Shown piece by piece: positions 1-14,209 of a stretch of 64,000 nt of DNA (within the stretch, counting starts at the first letter, position 1; each line of letters opens with the position of its first letter). Position numbers and translations under genes: made by a program. The notes under the pieces are model-generated. The model had not been told where the DNA came from, did not search any database, and was given only the letters and a program-made list of their open reading frames with translations. The stretch is from Geosiphon pyriformis uo1 (Eukaryota > Fungi > Glomeromycota): the NCBI GenBank assembly GCA_016748015.1, contig JAAOMT010000752.1:8976-72975 (forward strand), written 5' to 3'.

Positions 1-241
1 TATATATACATGTTTGTAGTTCTACGAAAAAATACTTTCTTTTTGATATTTCAACCTGGTGTTTGCTGCTATCACCAGTTGGTGTTGGCTGCTATTGTGA
101 ACTGGTGCTTGCCACTATTGCGAGATGGTGTTTGCTACTATGTTAATCATTACCTTTCTAAGATTATTACTGTGCTATATTATGATTGAATAGTTTGTAT
201 TATTTTTATGATTCTTTTTGCTAAATTCTTAAACCGTAATA
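1..241 (-). mobile_element. Partial LTR (U3 end) of a further LTR element inserted into the RT region of element F
   Basis: TATA-like tatatataca at 1-10 and four ~23-bp repeats tggtgtttgctgctat at 57-142. It ends gtaata (decayed TAACA) at 241, where RT-coding sequence (PSKSP*ASP on minus) begins abruptly. Confidence 0.45.
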
Positions 242-959
242 CTGGTGAGGCTCAAGGACTTTTTGATGGTTGAATCAATCCATTATTGAGCATTCTTTAG
301 ACCTTTTCTCTGATAAATTGGTGGCTAGTAGGTGAAACTTGATAAGCTTATTGTTGTTTTGGTAGAGCATCTTCTGTGTGAATCTGATGTTAAACAATAT
401 TAATTTTTTCAAGATCATTGTTGTTTTTTGCAAATATATCTGCAAATTCAGCTATTAGCTGTTTCAATTGTCTTTGTTGTTGAGATTCTAAGAGATCTAT
501 GTTGATTTGAGAGAGTTTTTCTTTTAAAAAGTGGTAGTTTTCAGTAATAGAAATGATATTCAGATTTGGAAGTAATATATGTTTTATAATTTCGATAAAA
601 TTAGAAACAATTTGAAGGTTTTTATTTTGGAAGATATTGCTGTGTATGATTTTAATCTCTAATTTATTTAATAAGACAATAGGGTAATTATTGGGGTTGT
701 AGAAAGTAATTCAAAATTTTTTCATTCCTTTGAGAATATAAACGTTTGGAATTAAGATTTTATGCTTTAAACAAATTTGTTCATTGGATTCAAAGATTTG
801 TTGGGTGGTAGTAGATTTTAAGCAAGTGTAAATTTCTTGATGTTCTTTAAAAGGTAAAATAGTAATTGATTGGGGAAGTTGAAGAATCTGGTAAGATTTA
901 TTCTGTGCATTAAGAGCTATGTTTACTGGTACTGTAAATCATCCAATTGAACCAAAACT

Positions 960-1526
960 TTACATTCCTCTTTTATTTTTTCCCAATTGTTTTCTGTTGT
1001 TAACTGATTGTAAACCCGAAATGTTGATTAAAGGTAGATAAATTGCTTGGGCAATCTTTTTAGCATGTTTAATCTTAAATGATTTGTCTGTTTCATTCTG
1101 CAACATGATGGTAATGTCTTTAGTATATCCTGCATCTATGACTTCTCCTCTAACATTAATTCTTTTGCTTGCCAATGATAATCTGGATGCAATTTGAACC
1201 ATTGCTCCAGGTAAAATTTCAAGAGTGATTTTGAAATTGATTTTTGTTAAGGACTTTGGTTGGAAAACCAAAGTATTTTTTTTTGGGTATTTTAGATTAT
1301 ATCCAGCATTAATCTCGTGTGCTTTTTCTGGTCTGATTCCTTGGCCATGGTTGTCGAAATATTTAAGTTGTAAGAGTAGTTGATTTTCAAAAAAATAGAT
1401 GGGAGTGGTTGATAGTTCTTTTACTAATTTAGATACTCCAAATTCGATTTCATTTTTATCATTCTCATCTGGCAGAGGAATGTTAAAAGCATAGCATTCT
1501 AAACACCATTGGTTATTACAAGACAT
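960..1526 (-). pseudogene. dut: Retroelement-encoded dUTPase domain (fragment of the pol polyprotein)
   Basis: Motifs AGYNL (I), SRLSLA (II), GEVIDAGYT (III), KIAQ (IV) and RGM*SFGS (V, interrupted by a stop). Confidence 0.8.
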
Positions 1527-3119
1527 AATACATTTTTTACATAATTGAATGTTTATTTGCTCTAATTATTGAATTTGAGCTTCTTTGGTTGGGTATATAT
1601 AATTTGCAATTTGGTGATATGTTTCTACTTTATCTTCATAGTTAAATCTAGCTAATTTCATTGTGTACTTAATGTATTCAGCTTCTTTTATTTGATGGAC
1701 ATCTTCTTATGTGGCTCTATTGATTAAAGCTATTGCTAAGTCAAAAATCATTTTAGCATCATGAGAATAGTAGTAGAGTTTGTTGAAAACACTGTTGTAT
1801 ACTACATCAAAGGGTGTTCTTCTTTTAACTTTTTTCGAAATTGATAGAGCATATTGGCAGGTTTGATCACATACTCCTCTTTTCATTGCAATATTAATCC
1901 AGTTATATTCTTTTAGTAATATATCTCTACATATGAGACAAGGTGTATTGTCCTATTTTCTACTTTTTTTTGGGGATCCAAATCATTTTCTATGGCATGC
2001 TTTGCAGAAGTAGCAAGTGCAAGTTTTATATTCCTTTTCTGGGGAAATATAGGCTCCCATAGATAAAAACTTCTTTTTGCAATCTTTGTATTTTAGTGAA
2101 ATATATAGTGGTTCTTTTCATGGTTCTGGTGTGGAATACCAAACCTTTTTTTATTTTCTGGTTTCTTCAAAAAAATTTTGTTTTGTTTCCTTAGCCCAAT
2201 TGGATATTGATCCAAGAGCCATGTAGGTCTCAGTAAGTGGCATTTTTTTCTTCTTCTCAAATTCGAATACTGGGGCTTTTTCTGATTATTTGTTGAAAAT
2301 ACTACAAGTAGCAGATACTATAGTGTATTGTTCTTGGTATGAGATTTTTAGTTTCTGAGTTTCTTAGTCTAAGTTTGCATTGACCTTAAGAAGCCAATCA
2401 TTTTTAACAAGAGCTTGGTATTGGGGTACATCCATAACTAGAACTTTGACTGGAATGATAATTCCATCAATGGTAAATGAAAAGTTGTCAATTTCTTCTA
2501 CTGGTGTTTTTTTTATACCATCTGCTGTAACAATTACTGTTTGAGCTGGTCTGTTGACATTTCAATTAAGTTGTTGCATTAATTGGTAGGTAATAATACT
2601 TCCAGTGAATTTATTATCTAGAATTAATTAAATGGGCTTTTCTTCTACTGTAGCTTCAATGTACATAGCAGTAATAGCTTTTTGCTCATTGACTGCTGCA
2701 TTGCTAAGCAAGAATGATGATTTATTTGCTTCAAATTTGAATGGGAATATATCTGAAAGATTGGCATTTTGGACAATTTGGGCTGGTAGAATAGTATTGT
2801 TGAAAGAGTTTGATCTTGGTGCTGCAACTTCACCTTCTGAAAGTGCAGTTTGTTAAAAATCCGATCCTTCAGGCATTGTAAGATAACTGGGTTGAGTGTA
2901 ATAATAATTGGGTCTTTGCTGACCAGAATTTCGGGAAACCAACTGGTTATTTGGGTTGATTCTGTTGTTGTTATTCTGAAATTGATTTTAAAATGTGAAT
3001 TGGTTATGTTGAACCAATTTTCAGGCTGGTACTTGGTATTGTTATGTAGATGGCTGTTAACATTGTTGAATTGGTAAAGGTTGTTGATATTGCTGCTGTG
3101 AAACAGGTTAATAGTAATT

Positions 3120-3138
3120 AGATGTGTATAAGAGACAG
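3120..3138 (+). other. Tn5 mosaic end / Nextera adapter sequence (library artefact)
   Basis: Exact 19/19 match to AGATGTGTATAAGAGACAG, sitting at a join between gag-linker sequence and the middle of an LTR. Confidence 0.92.
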
Positions 3139-3477
3139 GTACTAGTCTTTGAACTTGCCCTTTTCTTTTTGCTATAATTTGGGTAAACTAAAGATACATT
3201 TCAGCAAACTACAAGTTATTTCACTGAACTATTGATTATTTCGGCAAATTTTCATTAATTTCGACGAATTTTGACTATGTTAAATGGTTCAGAGTATTGT
3301 GTAATTTGATCATCTTAATTTTTAGAGTACAAATCGGATTATTGATTGAGTAATGATATTTGATAATTTAATTAAATAATAAGTAATAATCGAAATAATA
3401 ATAATATATGCTAATTAATAATAGGAATTATGAGGGTAATTTCATGCTAATTAATAGCTAAAATTTTATTGATAACA

Positions 3478-5012
3478 ATGATTAGTTCATCTATGTCATA
3501 ATTATTATTAGTTAGATTAAAAACATAAAAGAAGTTTTTTTGCATTTTTATCTTTTAGAGATGTATTTACTAGTTTAAAAGCTAATAAATAGTAGCTTTA
3601 ACTAAGGGATTCTCTCCAAAAAAATTAATATTGGCCTTATTAAGTTTTTGATTAAAAACATTATTGTTGTTAAATTTGTTGTTCTGAGTCTTATTGTTTT
3701 TAAGAGCTAAAAGAGGCAAGAGAGAATTGTTGCAATTTTTTGAGAAATGTCCAGTTAGTTCACAGTAATAACATATAGATAAACCATGATTTTGCTGTTT
3801 TTAATAAGATAATTGTTGAGACTAATTAAAGTGAAATTCAAATCTAAGTTTTTAAAGTTGTTAATTTTCTCTAACTGCTTAGACTAAGAGTTTTAGTAAT
3901 CAAACAAGATTGGTTCTGAATCTATTTATTAATTGTTTATTAAAATTTTGGATTTGGGCAACAAAAAAAATAGCAGTTATTTGAAGAGCAAAAGCCAGAA
4001 TAAAAGCAAAAACAAAAACTAAAAGTGCAGATCCCAAGTGTATTTTTTGATTGTCTTCAATTTTTTGTGCAAGCTCAATGGTCATATCTATTGTAAAATT
4101 ATTTTTTAAGACCAAGAAAAACCAAAAAGCATATAGAAAATTAGGTTTCAATCCTTTTGTAAAGAAGTAAATTTTTTGTTCTTCTGTTTAGTTTTTTTTA
4201 AAATCTATTTGTTTAATTAATTTTTAATTGCTTTAACATATTTGGTTACAATTTTATTAATATCTTGGATTTTTTTTTCTAGTTTTATGTACCACTTGGA
4301 TATTAAAATTGAAATTCTGAATTTGGTTTCAAATCAGATAATAAAAGAGGTATTTGCTTTTTTAGCATTAATTGATATCCATCTAATAATTCTTTAAAAA
4401 GCATTAGCATTAGTTTTTTGTAAGAACCAGATAACAAAAGAGTCTTAAAAGTAGCTACCAATAATTTGGAACTTGTATTTATTATTATATTGGTTGGCTG
4501 TAGTAGCTCTTTTAAAGTTATTCAACTATTTAATTAAATCTTGTGCATTGTTTTTGAATAATGGTAATAGAATGTTGTTTTTTTACTTTAAAGTAGTTTG
4601 TATATCTTGAAAAGTGACCAAAATGTTTGCTTGCATGAGATCAACAGCCATTGGTTCAAAAATAGCTGTTTGAGTAAAAGTGTTTAATTTATTTAAGAAA
4701 AGATCAAAAATAAGAGCAGTTTAATAATTTTCTTCTTCTGTTTCAAAGAAATAGATTATATAAGCAGTATAGATTTTAGTTAAATACTCATTCAAGAACC
4801 AGTTCTAAAAATTTTGGAATTGTTTACTGGATTGTTTTTCAATAGAAAAGCAGATTAAATAAAAGAGCAGAAAATTGAGTTCAATAAAATCTAAGTTGTT
4901 TTTATTGTGTGCTATAAAGTGTTTTTTTGATTGTTATGACAGATATAAATAATTACTTATATAATAAGAAACAAGTAGATATTTGACAACCTTACAAGGA
5001 ATACTACTTTTA
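3478..5012 (-). pseudogene. Decayed gag of another LTR element (I), with zinc knuckle and decayed PBS
   Basis: CYYCELTGHFSKNC knuckle at ~3730-3773, gag-like LNNFKRATTANQY at ~4485-4530, PBS-like ccttacaaggaatacta at 4990-5006 followed by TGTTA at 5013. Confidence 0.65.
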
Positions 5013-6479
5013 TGTTATAAGTTGGAGTAACAAGCTAATGAATAGCAAAAGAAAACAGAATTGTAAAGTAATAAAATTGATTAAAAAAAATTCAACTTTA
5101 AAAAACAAATTAAATAAATATAGATTCAATATACAAGATTAGTTTTATAAAATATTGCAGTTGCTATTCTTTCAAAAGATAACCAAAGAATTTGAAGATA
5201 GAGAGATAGTCTGTTTTATTAACAAATAATAATACACTGATATAATTTTATGTCTTATATTAACACTTTTAAAATTTGATATTAGATATTAAATGTGCTT
5301 TTTAGTCATGTTTTATTCAATAATTTTGAAATGCTACAATTATATGAGTCAAAAAAAAGATAAATAAATGTTAACAAGTAATTTTTTATTTTAAGATGTT
5401 TGAATACTTAAAGATAAGGAAAGGAAAATAAAGTGATAGAAGAAAAATTAAGATAATAGTTGTTATTTTATTTATTCTTAATTAATTGCTACATGTTTTT
5501 CTATATTTAAAAAATTAATCACTTATATTGCTATTAAAATAGTTAATAATTAAGTTAATAATTAGATTATTAATTAGGTTAATAATTATTATCTAAAAAT
5601 AAAATGGCTAATTATATAATATTAGTAGTTAATACATATGATAACTAATAAAAACTATGATTTTCAACCATAATAATATTAAAGAGAGAAATAATTAAAG
5701 AGACAATATTATTTGAACTGGCTGATATTTTGATTATAATATTTTTAAATAATTCAAATAATTTAGTAATTTTATCAAAAACAGCCTATTGATTGTATAA
5801 AATAACATATTAATAAAGATCAATGTGAGTGCTAGTAAGAGTGTTTAATGCTTATAAATTTACAGTTAGAATTTTTGTATTTAAAATATATAGAATCAAA
5901 AATAAACAACTTGCCAATTTAAAAGATAACTTATTCTTAATTATATTGTAAATAAAATTGCACTAGGTAAGATAATCCAGAATAAGTTTATAGTATTTAA
6001 TTTGACATGCATTACAGATGTATTCAAGAAACTTAAAGCATTAAGATAAGATATAGATTGCAAAGTTAAGTTTTTTAATCTTTAATTTATACAAAGTTTA
6101 TATTAAAAAAATTTTAAGTAAATATATTTGGTTTGGGTTTTTAATAAATACCTTAGAAACATTATCTTTTATTTTATCTAGAGCTATTTGTATTGCCAAG
6201 TTTAAAATATGATCAAAGCATCAAAATCAAAAGTTTTCTGAATTTCATTAAATGTTTTTTTTTTTTAATTTTTTTACTAATTTTTTTATAAAAGTACTAT
6301 TATTTGTAGTATTATCGAAAGTAATAACAAAAAACTGTCAAAAAAAATTAAATTATAACTAATAAAATTAATGATAAACTTATATAAAAAAAGAGTGAAT
6401 ATAATTTTTTCTTAAACTTTTTTCTTAATTTTTTTGGCTAAAAATTTGGCTTAAGGCAATAATAAAAACTACTTAAACT

Positions 6480-6663
6480 AATATTAAGAAAATATGGTTT
6501 TCAATAATATGGACACTATAGTAACTCTAAGTCTCAGATAATATTAATACCAAAAATTCAGCTCTGTAGCAATGATAAAAACCAATTTAACCCAATATTA
6601 AGAAAAAATGATTTTCAATAATATGGACACTATAGTAACTCTAAGTCTCAAATAATATTAATA
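6480..6663. repeat. Direct repeat of two ~70-bp copies, period 114 bp
   Basis: aatattaagaaaa..tttcaataatatggacactatagtaactctaagtctca.ataatattaata at 6480-6549 and 6594-6663. Confidence 0.85.
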
Positions 6664-8537
6664 TGCTGTATAATATGCTAATTTTATTATTGGCCATTAA
6701 TTAACTTAAATTCATGCAAAAATATATATATGTATTTTTGATATAATTCTATAATCTTTTAATACTTTAAAAAATTTATTTGTAAAATTTATTTTATTAT
6801 GTTATCTATTTATTAATCCAAAATCAATTATTGTTTGTTAAAGATTTCAATTATTATTAATATAATGAGTAGTAATAAAGACAAAAACTTTGTTATTAGG
6901 AGATGTTTAGAGATCTAATGTAAAAAAATTTTAAACTTAATAGTATCTAAGTATGTTTATTACATTATAAGTATGAGTGAAAATAAAAGAATATTTTATA
7001 ATAAAGATAATACTTACTCTTAATTTTTGTCTACTCAAAATATAGAATTTTATAACTCTATTCTTAAATACATTAGCACAAACAGATTAAGAAGTAAGAT
7101 TCAAATATTGGAATATTTTAATTAATTTAGGATCTTTTACTGTAAAAAATAGTTACTGATGGTTGATAAACCAAATAATAATTATGTCACAAAGTTTTTT
7201 ATTATTAATATTAATAGTAGTTATTACAGAAGACTAAAGCAGTTTTCTAGTTAAATTGGCCAAAAATCATAAAAAATAATAATAATTTCATCTATTAAAA
7301 TATTTTTTTAATTAACTTATAATCTTTCTAAATATTTTGCTTTTTCTTATAATATTCTTTTATTGTAACATATACTGTCTAGTAAAAAACCTCTAAATAA
7401 TACCATAAGAGTTTAATAGTGCCTATAGTTTTATAAAAAAATGGTTTATGTACATATTTTAAAACTGTATATTTAGCTGTTTTTTTTTCTTTTGTTTACT
7501 TAAACTTATTAAAATAGTTTTATACTTCACTCTAAAAACTATGTTTACCAAATATATTAATAAATAGACTATTTGGGTTATCAAATTCTATTATTTTGAA
7601 TTTTAAATCTTCAGTAATATTATATAATACTAATAATAAATTTATTTTGGTAAGTTGGAAAGTAGAGTTGTTATACATAATTTTATATACTTTTTTAATT
7701 GATTATAGTAATTAAACAAAATAATAATTAATAAACAAGTAGTACAAATTATATTTTTTTTAATTCTATTGAATTTGAACAAATTTGTAAACTTTAAATT
7801 AGACTTAAACCAAATTCAAACTTGTTAAAAAAGTTTAATATCAAACTAAAACTAAATTTTCTTAAAAAATTGGTTTAGTTTAAGTTCAGTTCATAATTCA
7901 AACTGAACTTGAACAACACTCAAAGTTTGATTTGGTTTGGTTTGGTTTAATTAGAACTTGACATTTAAAGTTTTATTAATCTAATTACTATAATAATAAA
8001 TTTATTAAGAAAAAAATAAACCAAATAAAAAATCTTGAATTCATACAAAAAACTAAGAGTAAATAAGTATTTCCAGTTATAGTGGTAACCAAAAAAAGTG
8101 AAATTCTATACTTTTGTGTTAATTACTACCAATTAAATATCATCACTAAAAAAAACATATATTTATTTCTCAAAATTAATGCAATGTTAGATTAATTTAA
8201 TGATGCTGCTTTTTTCTCAATTATTAATTTAACTGCTAGATTTTAGCAAATAAAAATGAATTTAAAAAATAAAAATAAAACTGTTTTTATTACCAAATAT
8301 GGCATTTATGAATTTACAGTTATGTTTTTTGGTTTTACTAATGCCTTTTCTACTTTTCAATATCTAATAAACAAAATATTTAAATCAGTAAAAGAAAATT
8401 TTGTTCTGGTCTATTTAGATAACATAATAGTATATTCAAAAATCTGGAATGAATATTTTGAACATTTATAAAAGGTTTTTGATCTTTTTAGAAATGCTAG
8501 TTTTAAGATCAATCTAATTAAATTTTTTTTTGAATGT

Positions 8538-9486
8538 TGTTACAAGTAATTATTTGGAGTGTTAATATCAATAACAAATCTATAACTTAGTGCTTAATAA
8601 TTGTTAATGATAATAATATCTGAAAATTTTTGTTATTTGAAGGTTTTTGTTAAAATCTTTTATATAATAAACAGAAATTTAATAGTTGTTTTAGTAGTCT
8701 CTCAAAATAGTTATTCTATCAATTTCTTTTTTCAGCATGGTGGCCAGTTTATTCTAGCAGTTATACTCTTTTGGTAAGTTATCCTAAATTTTTGAGTTTT
8801 TTACTTTTATTTCTGGGTTTTTTACCAGGTTATTTTTAATGTCAAATTACTTAATATTTAATCACTTTAATTAATTAGTAAACAACAAAAGAAAAAAAAA
8901 ATAAAGAAAATAAAAGGAAATGGAAAAAAAATTAAGAAATTAGTATTTATTAATAGTTATAATCAAAAGCTATTAGTTTAGTATAGTTAAGTGTTGAATT
9001 CTATCAACATAGAAAGTTAATAAAAAGAGAATAATTAATATTTTTTAATCAAATAACAATAATATAAATTCAGGTAATAATTAATATTTTATTGATATGT
9101 AATCAAATTTCACTTTAAGTTGTAAAAAACTACTACTTTGAAAAAAGAGTATTTAGATAATTTAATAAATTAAAGATATTGATTCTGAACTGGTTTCTTA
9201 GATTAATTCTGAACTGGCTTTTTAAATTAATTCTGTCTTTTCTGCTTCTAATACTTTTGCTATATATACATAATTAATGTTATACAAGATTCTTTGAATT
9301 TTTTTAATTTTTTAGCCAGAAATTTTGGAATTCCTGGAATTTTGTAATTCTTCAAGAAGAATTCTGAAATTTTTGGAATTCCAAAATTTCTTGAAAAAAA
9401 TTCTGAAATTTTTTTTTCTATGCTTATCTCTAATTGGCTACTTTATATTCTTATTTTTATGAATTCCTAAATTTTTATGAGTAATA
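8538..9486 (-). repeat. 3' LTR of G
   Basis: tgttaca...gagtaata; homologous to 18481-19391 and 40213-41096. Confidence 0.85.
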
Positions 9487-10076
9487 TTATTTTTTTTTTT
9501 AATATTGAGTTCCATCAAAATTTCTTAAATTTTTAATTCTCCTTCTTGAATTAATTCTTTGACTTCTTTTTCAAGAATTACTTGGGAAATTTTGATCTGT
9601 AATTTTTTGAATTGGGCATTAATAATCCTTCCCAATTGGTTAATAGTTACTCTATTTATTATTAGATAGAATAGTATTTCTAATTAGTCTTGAAATTTTA
9701 CTTGTAACTAGTATATAATTCTTGCTTATATGGACAAGTTGTTTTTTTTCACAAATTGTTCAAGTTGATATAATATTGTTGTATCAAATAATTGTTTTGT
9801 TTTATTAGTATACAAATTCTGAATATTGAGTTTTTGTTCTAAGTGATAATAGCAAAAGTTTCTTGGAAATTGTTGTGTTCATTATTCCCAGTTTTTTTCT
9901 GTTAATTTTTTATATAGTGTTGTTGTTTTGGGTGTTTCTTCTAATAATTTTACTTTTGCTAGTATATTATCTATAATGTTTTTCGAATTTCTGTGTTCTT
10001 TATATTAGTGTTTTGGCTTTTTTTTTCTATCTTTATACTAAATAATTTGCTAATTAATTGTAATTTCTATGTTTAA

Positions 10077-11008
10077 TGTTACTTATAGAAAGTAAGAGTA
10101 GTATATAGTTAAATAAATAGCCAATCAGAAATAGGCATAGTAAAAAAAAAAATTTCAAAATTTTTTTAAAAAAATTACAGGATTTTATAATTCCAAAATC
10201 TCAGAATTTTTAATAAGGAATTGCAAGATTCCAAAATCTCAGAATTGCAGGATTTATCTGAAAAAATCACAAGACTCCAGGAATTTTATATAATACTAAC
10301 TATGTATATATAGCAGTAGTATTAGAAACAAGAAAAATATTCAGAATTCAGTTTAGTTCTAATTTAGCATTTCCTTTCATATCTATTAATTAATCCTTAC
10401 TTTATGAATAGTTAATATTTACCAAAGTAAATTCATTAACAAAATATCAAATAAAACATATTTATTATTATCCAATCCATGTTGCTATTATTTATTTAAA
10501 TTTAATCACTCTTTTATTTATTAATACTACATGTTAATAACATTTAATGCTTAATTACACTAGAACAATAACTTTTAATCATAACTATTAACAGGATACT
10601 AATTCTTATTTTATTTTTTATTTTTTTTTATTTTTTTTGTTGTGTTAACTTACTAATTAATTAAAACAGATTAAATACTAAGTAATTAATATTAAAAATA
10701 ACCTAATAAAAAACTCAAAAATAAGAGTATAAAATTTATAAATTAATAGATAGCTTACCAAAAGAGCATAACTGCCAAAATAAACTAGTTATCATACTGA
10801 AGAAAAAAATTTGATGAAATAATCATTTTAAAAGACTACTAACATAACTATTAAATCTCTGTTCATTATACAAAAGACTTTACCAAAACCTTCAGATACC
10901 AAAATCTTCAGAAACAAAATCTTCAAATTTACTAATATTATTAAATTATTAAGCATTAAGTTATAGGTTTGTTATTTATTTCAACCACCTAAATAATTAC
11001 CTATAACA
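10077..11008 (+). mobile_element. Solo LTR (B/G-type) inserted in the 3' extra ORF of G, in opposite orientation
   Basis: tgttacttatag...ctataaca with CCAAT, GAATTC-like repeats and TATA in the B/G LTR order. Flanks are TTAA/TTAG (4-bp TSD with one transition). Confidence 0.8.
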
Positions 11009-14000
11009 TTAGTTGTTAGTATTAGATTAGTTAAAACAGTTGTTGTATAAGTAAGTAAATATTGTCAGTAATTTCTATTTTCTGTTTTGCTTTTGTTATA
11101 TGTTTTGTTTCTTTATATACTTTTCTTCTATATCAATTTGACATGTTTGTGTTAATAATTATAATTGATTCCAAATTTTATGGAATTTTATCTGGTTAAA
11201 CTAGTATTCATTATACTCTCAGTTGTGGAATATTACTAATTAATAATAATACTATATTGTAATATAGTTTTAGTTAATTTCTATGTGCTGTTTTAGCTAA
11301 AATTTTGTTGTTCTATCTTAATTTATAAGCTTTATTTCCTAGAATATCTTCAATATAAAATGGTCTGTTCTATTTGGAATCAAATTTTCTATTATATTGT
11401 TTTTTTATTTTGGTACAATGTAAGAATACTTTGGTTTTAATCCTGAATTCAACTGATTTATTTGGTAATTAATTATCATGTTGTTTTTTTTGTTTTTTTT
11501 GTGACTTTTGTATATTATTAGCTGCTGTTTGCTTTTTGTTTTCCAAAGTTTTTATTAATTTGTATGTTTTTCTTAGCAATGTTCTTTAGAAGTTGGCTTT
11601 TGTTATTGGTTCTGTTAGATATGTTTTAATATATATTTCTACTAGTATTGTTGCTATTTTATCATAAACAAATTCAAATAATGTTGCTTGTGTAGTATTT
11701 TGCTTTATTGTTTAATAAGCAAATAATACTGATGATATAAACAGATTTTATTCATCTTGGTTTTTTAACTGATCTTGGCTATTATTTCACACAATATTCT
11801 GTTGAATTTTTTGACTAAGTTATTTGTTTACAGATAATATAATAATAATAATAGTCTTTTAATTTCAAATCTTTAACTTAATTTTGTTAATGTTTTGTTT
11901 ACAAAGTAAGTTCCTTAATTTAATAATAATTTTTTGAACATTCATATTAACAAATCAAATTTTGATAAATGAATTTGGCCACAAATTCTGTATTTGCTCT
12001 TTAAATTGCTTTTGTTTTTGGTCATTTTGTATAATAGTTCATAGCTATTGCTATATAATAATTGTTTCTGTTAATTATTGTTAATAGTCTGACTAAATCA
12101 ATTCTAATTTGATTAAATGGTTGCCTTATTTTAATTGGTTTTAGTAGTTTACTGGGTTTTGTTTCTTTTTTTTTCTGACAAGCATTACAATTTTGAATGT
12201 ATTAGATAATATTTGGATATATAGATGGTCAATAGTATCTTTTTTTGGTTTTTTCTATGGTTTTTTCTTTATGAAAATGTTCTGTTGTTAGATTTGAATA
12301 TATATTAAATAGTATTGTTTCTTTTTTTGATTTCATAATTACTCTGAGTGACTGATCTGAATATTTTCTGTTTTTTTAGTATAATATATCTTGGTAAGTA
12401 ATAAAATATTTTTCTTGTTGTTTTATGTTGTTTTGTTCTTTTTGAGATAATTTCTTCTTGAACTGTTGAGTATTAATATAATATTAAAGTTATTAATATT
12501 TTTGTATGTTTATCTTTTTGTTATATTTTTGGGTTGAAATGTTCTTAAATTTATTTTATTCATGACAAACTGTTAATATTTTCATTTTTTTTTCTTTTTT
12601 TGTAATATACTGTATAATTGAATAGTAATGGTTCTATTTTCTATTTTGCATATCAATTATCTTCAAATTTTTGCTTCTGGGTTGATGTCAATTCTTTGTG
12701 ATTAGTATATACATCAAACTTTTAACTTAAATATTTTTTTATTTTATAACAGCCTAATAGATAATCAAATATTCTAATGTTGGAGTTTTATAATTTTTTT
12801 TAGCTGAACTTAAACTTCTGTTGACATATGCTACTAGATGTTCTTGTCTATTTGTTTTTTTTTTGTAACAATACTGCTTCCAATGCTTGACCAGATACAT
12901 TAATAATAATAATAAATGGCTTGTTGTGATCTAGATAAATCAATATTAGTGCTTAAATAAGCTTTTTTCTTAAGATGTCAAAAGTTTTTTGTTGGATTTT
13001 GGTTCATTCATATTTTACATTTTTTGTTAATACTGTTTTTGCTTACAACATATTCTAAAAACTTGAATTCTGTTCTTTTAAAGTAATACTTAGTAGCATT
13101 TAACTTTAGTCTGGCTTTTTTTAGTCTTTTAAACACTTGTTGTAAATAGTGAAGATAATTATCAAATGTTTTAAAAAACACATTAGTGTTATTTAAGTAA
13201 ATTATTACTAATTTCTATAATAATTCAGTATAAACAATTTTCATAAGCCATTGAAAGATAGCTGGAATATTGGTTAAGCCAAATGGCATAACATCAAATT
13301 TAAAGTTTTCTTCTTTGGTTGTAAATGCTGTTTTCTTTTTATCAGCTGGGTTTATGGCTACTTATTAATAATTATTATCTAAATTTAATATTGAAAACCA
13401 TTTTTTTTTCTTTAAAAGCATTGAATAAATTTTGAATTTGTGGAATTGGATAGCTGTCTTTATAAGTAATACTGTTAAGCTTTCTGTAATCCACACAAAA
13501 GCAAATTTTCCTATTTTTCTTACAGACAAATATTATTGGTGATAATCATAAACTCATTAATAATTGAATTAACTCATTGTTCAACATTCTGTTGATTTTT
13601 TGTTGGATGATTTTATAGCTTGTTAGTAGTACTTTGTATGCTCATTGTTTTATTGACATTACATTTTCAATATTGATTTAGTACTGAATAATATTAGTTC
13701 TGCCAAATTCATTTTCATTGGCAAATATGTTGGTAAAATTGTTAAGTAGCATCTTGAGTTGTATACATTAAAATGTGTTTAAATTTTTCAGATTTATTTG
13801 TTCTAGTTGTTTTGGTTGGAACAAGTAACATTTTTTTTATCTGTAAATTGTTTGTAATATAATATCTACATATTTGTACAGTTGTAAAAAATCTGAAATG
13901 GTGTTTGGTAATTGGTTTTCAACTTCAGTGCTTAAGTATTCAATAGTGGTTTTGCTTGGTATTTCAATAATGTTTCCAGTTATGTTGTAGATGAAAATTT

Positions 14001-14209
14001 TAATTTGTTTATAGTTCTTGGTTAGTATATAGAAATTGGTAATTTCAATCTTTCTTGATTTATAAATAGTTGGTTTTACTTCAAAAATCTGGAGCTGGTC
14101 TCTTATTTTTCTCTTTATTATTAACATGTACTAATTATATGGTGAAATAGAAACTAATTAAATAGTGGAGATAATTTTTCTCTTATTAATTGTTTTTTTT
14201 TATCATATT

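Larger units (their letters stand above)
242..3477 (-). mobile_element. Decayed Ty3/Gypsy element F (family D/E/F): RT N-terminus, dUTPase, Cys-rich region, protease, partial 5' LTR
   Basis: dUTPase motifs in ORF 960-1526 and a protease-type region (LIL.N.F.GSII, KVLVMD..QYQALV) at ~2340-2700. 3139-3477 matches the LTR ends at 20380-20730 and 62240-62590 and ends gataaca. There is an adapter join at 3120. Confidence 0.8.

Noticed and set aside
57-142. Short regularly spaced repeats resembling CRISPR or iterons
   Set aside because: There are no real unique spacers and no cas or rep genes, the context is a eukaryotic TE, and they fit LTR U3 repeats.
960-1526. Host, phage or bacterial dut gene
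   Set aside because: It is embedded at the same pol position in six retroelement copies and is broken by stops.
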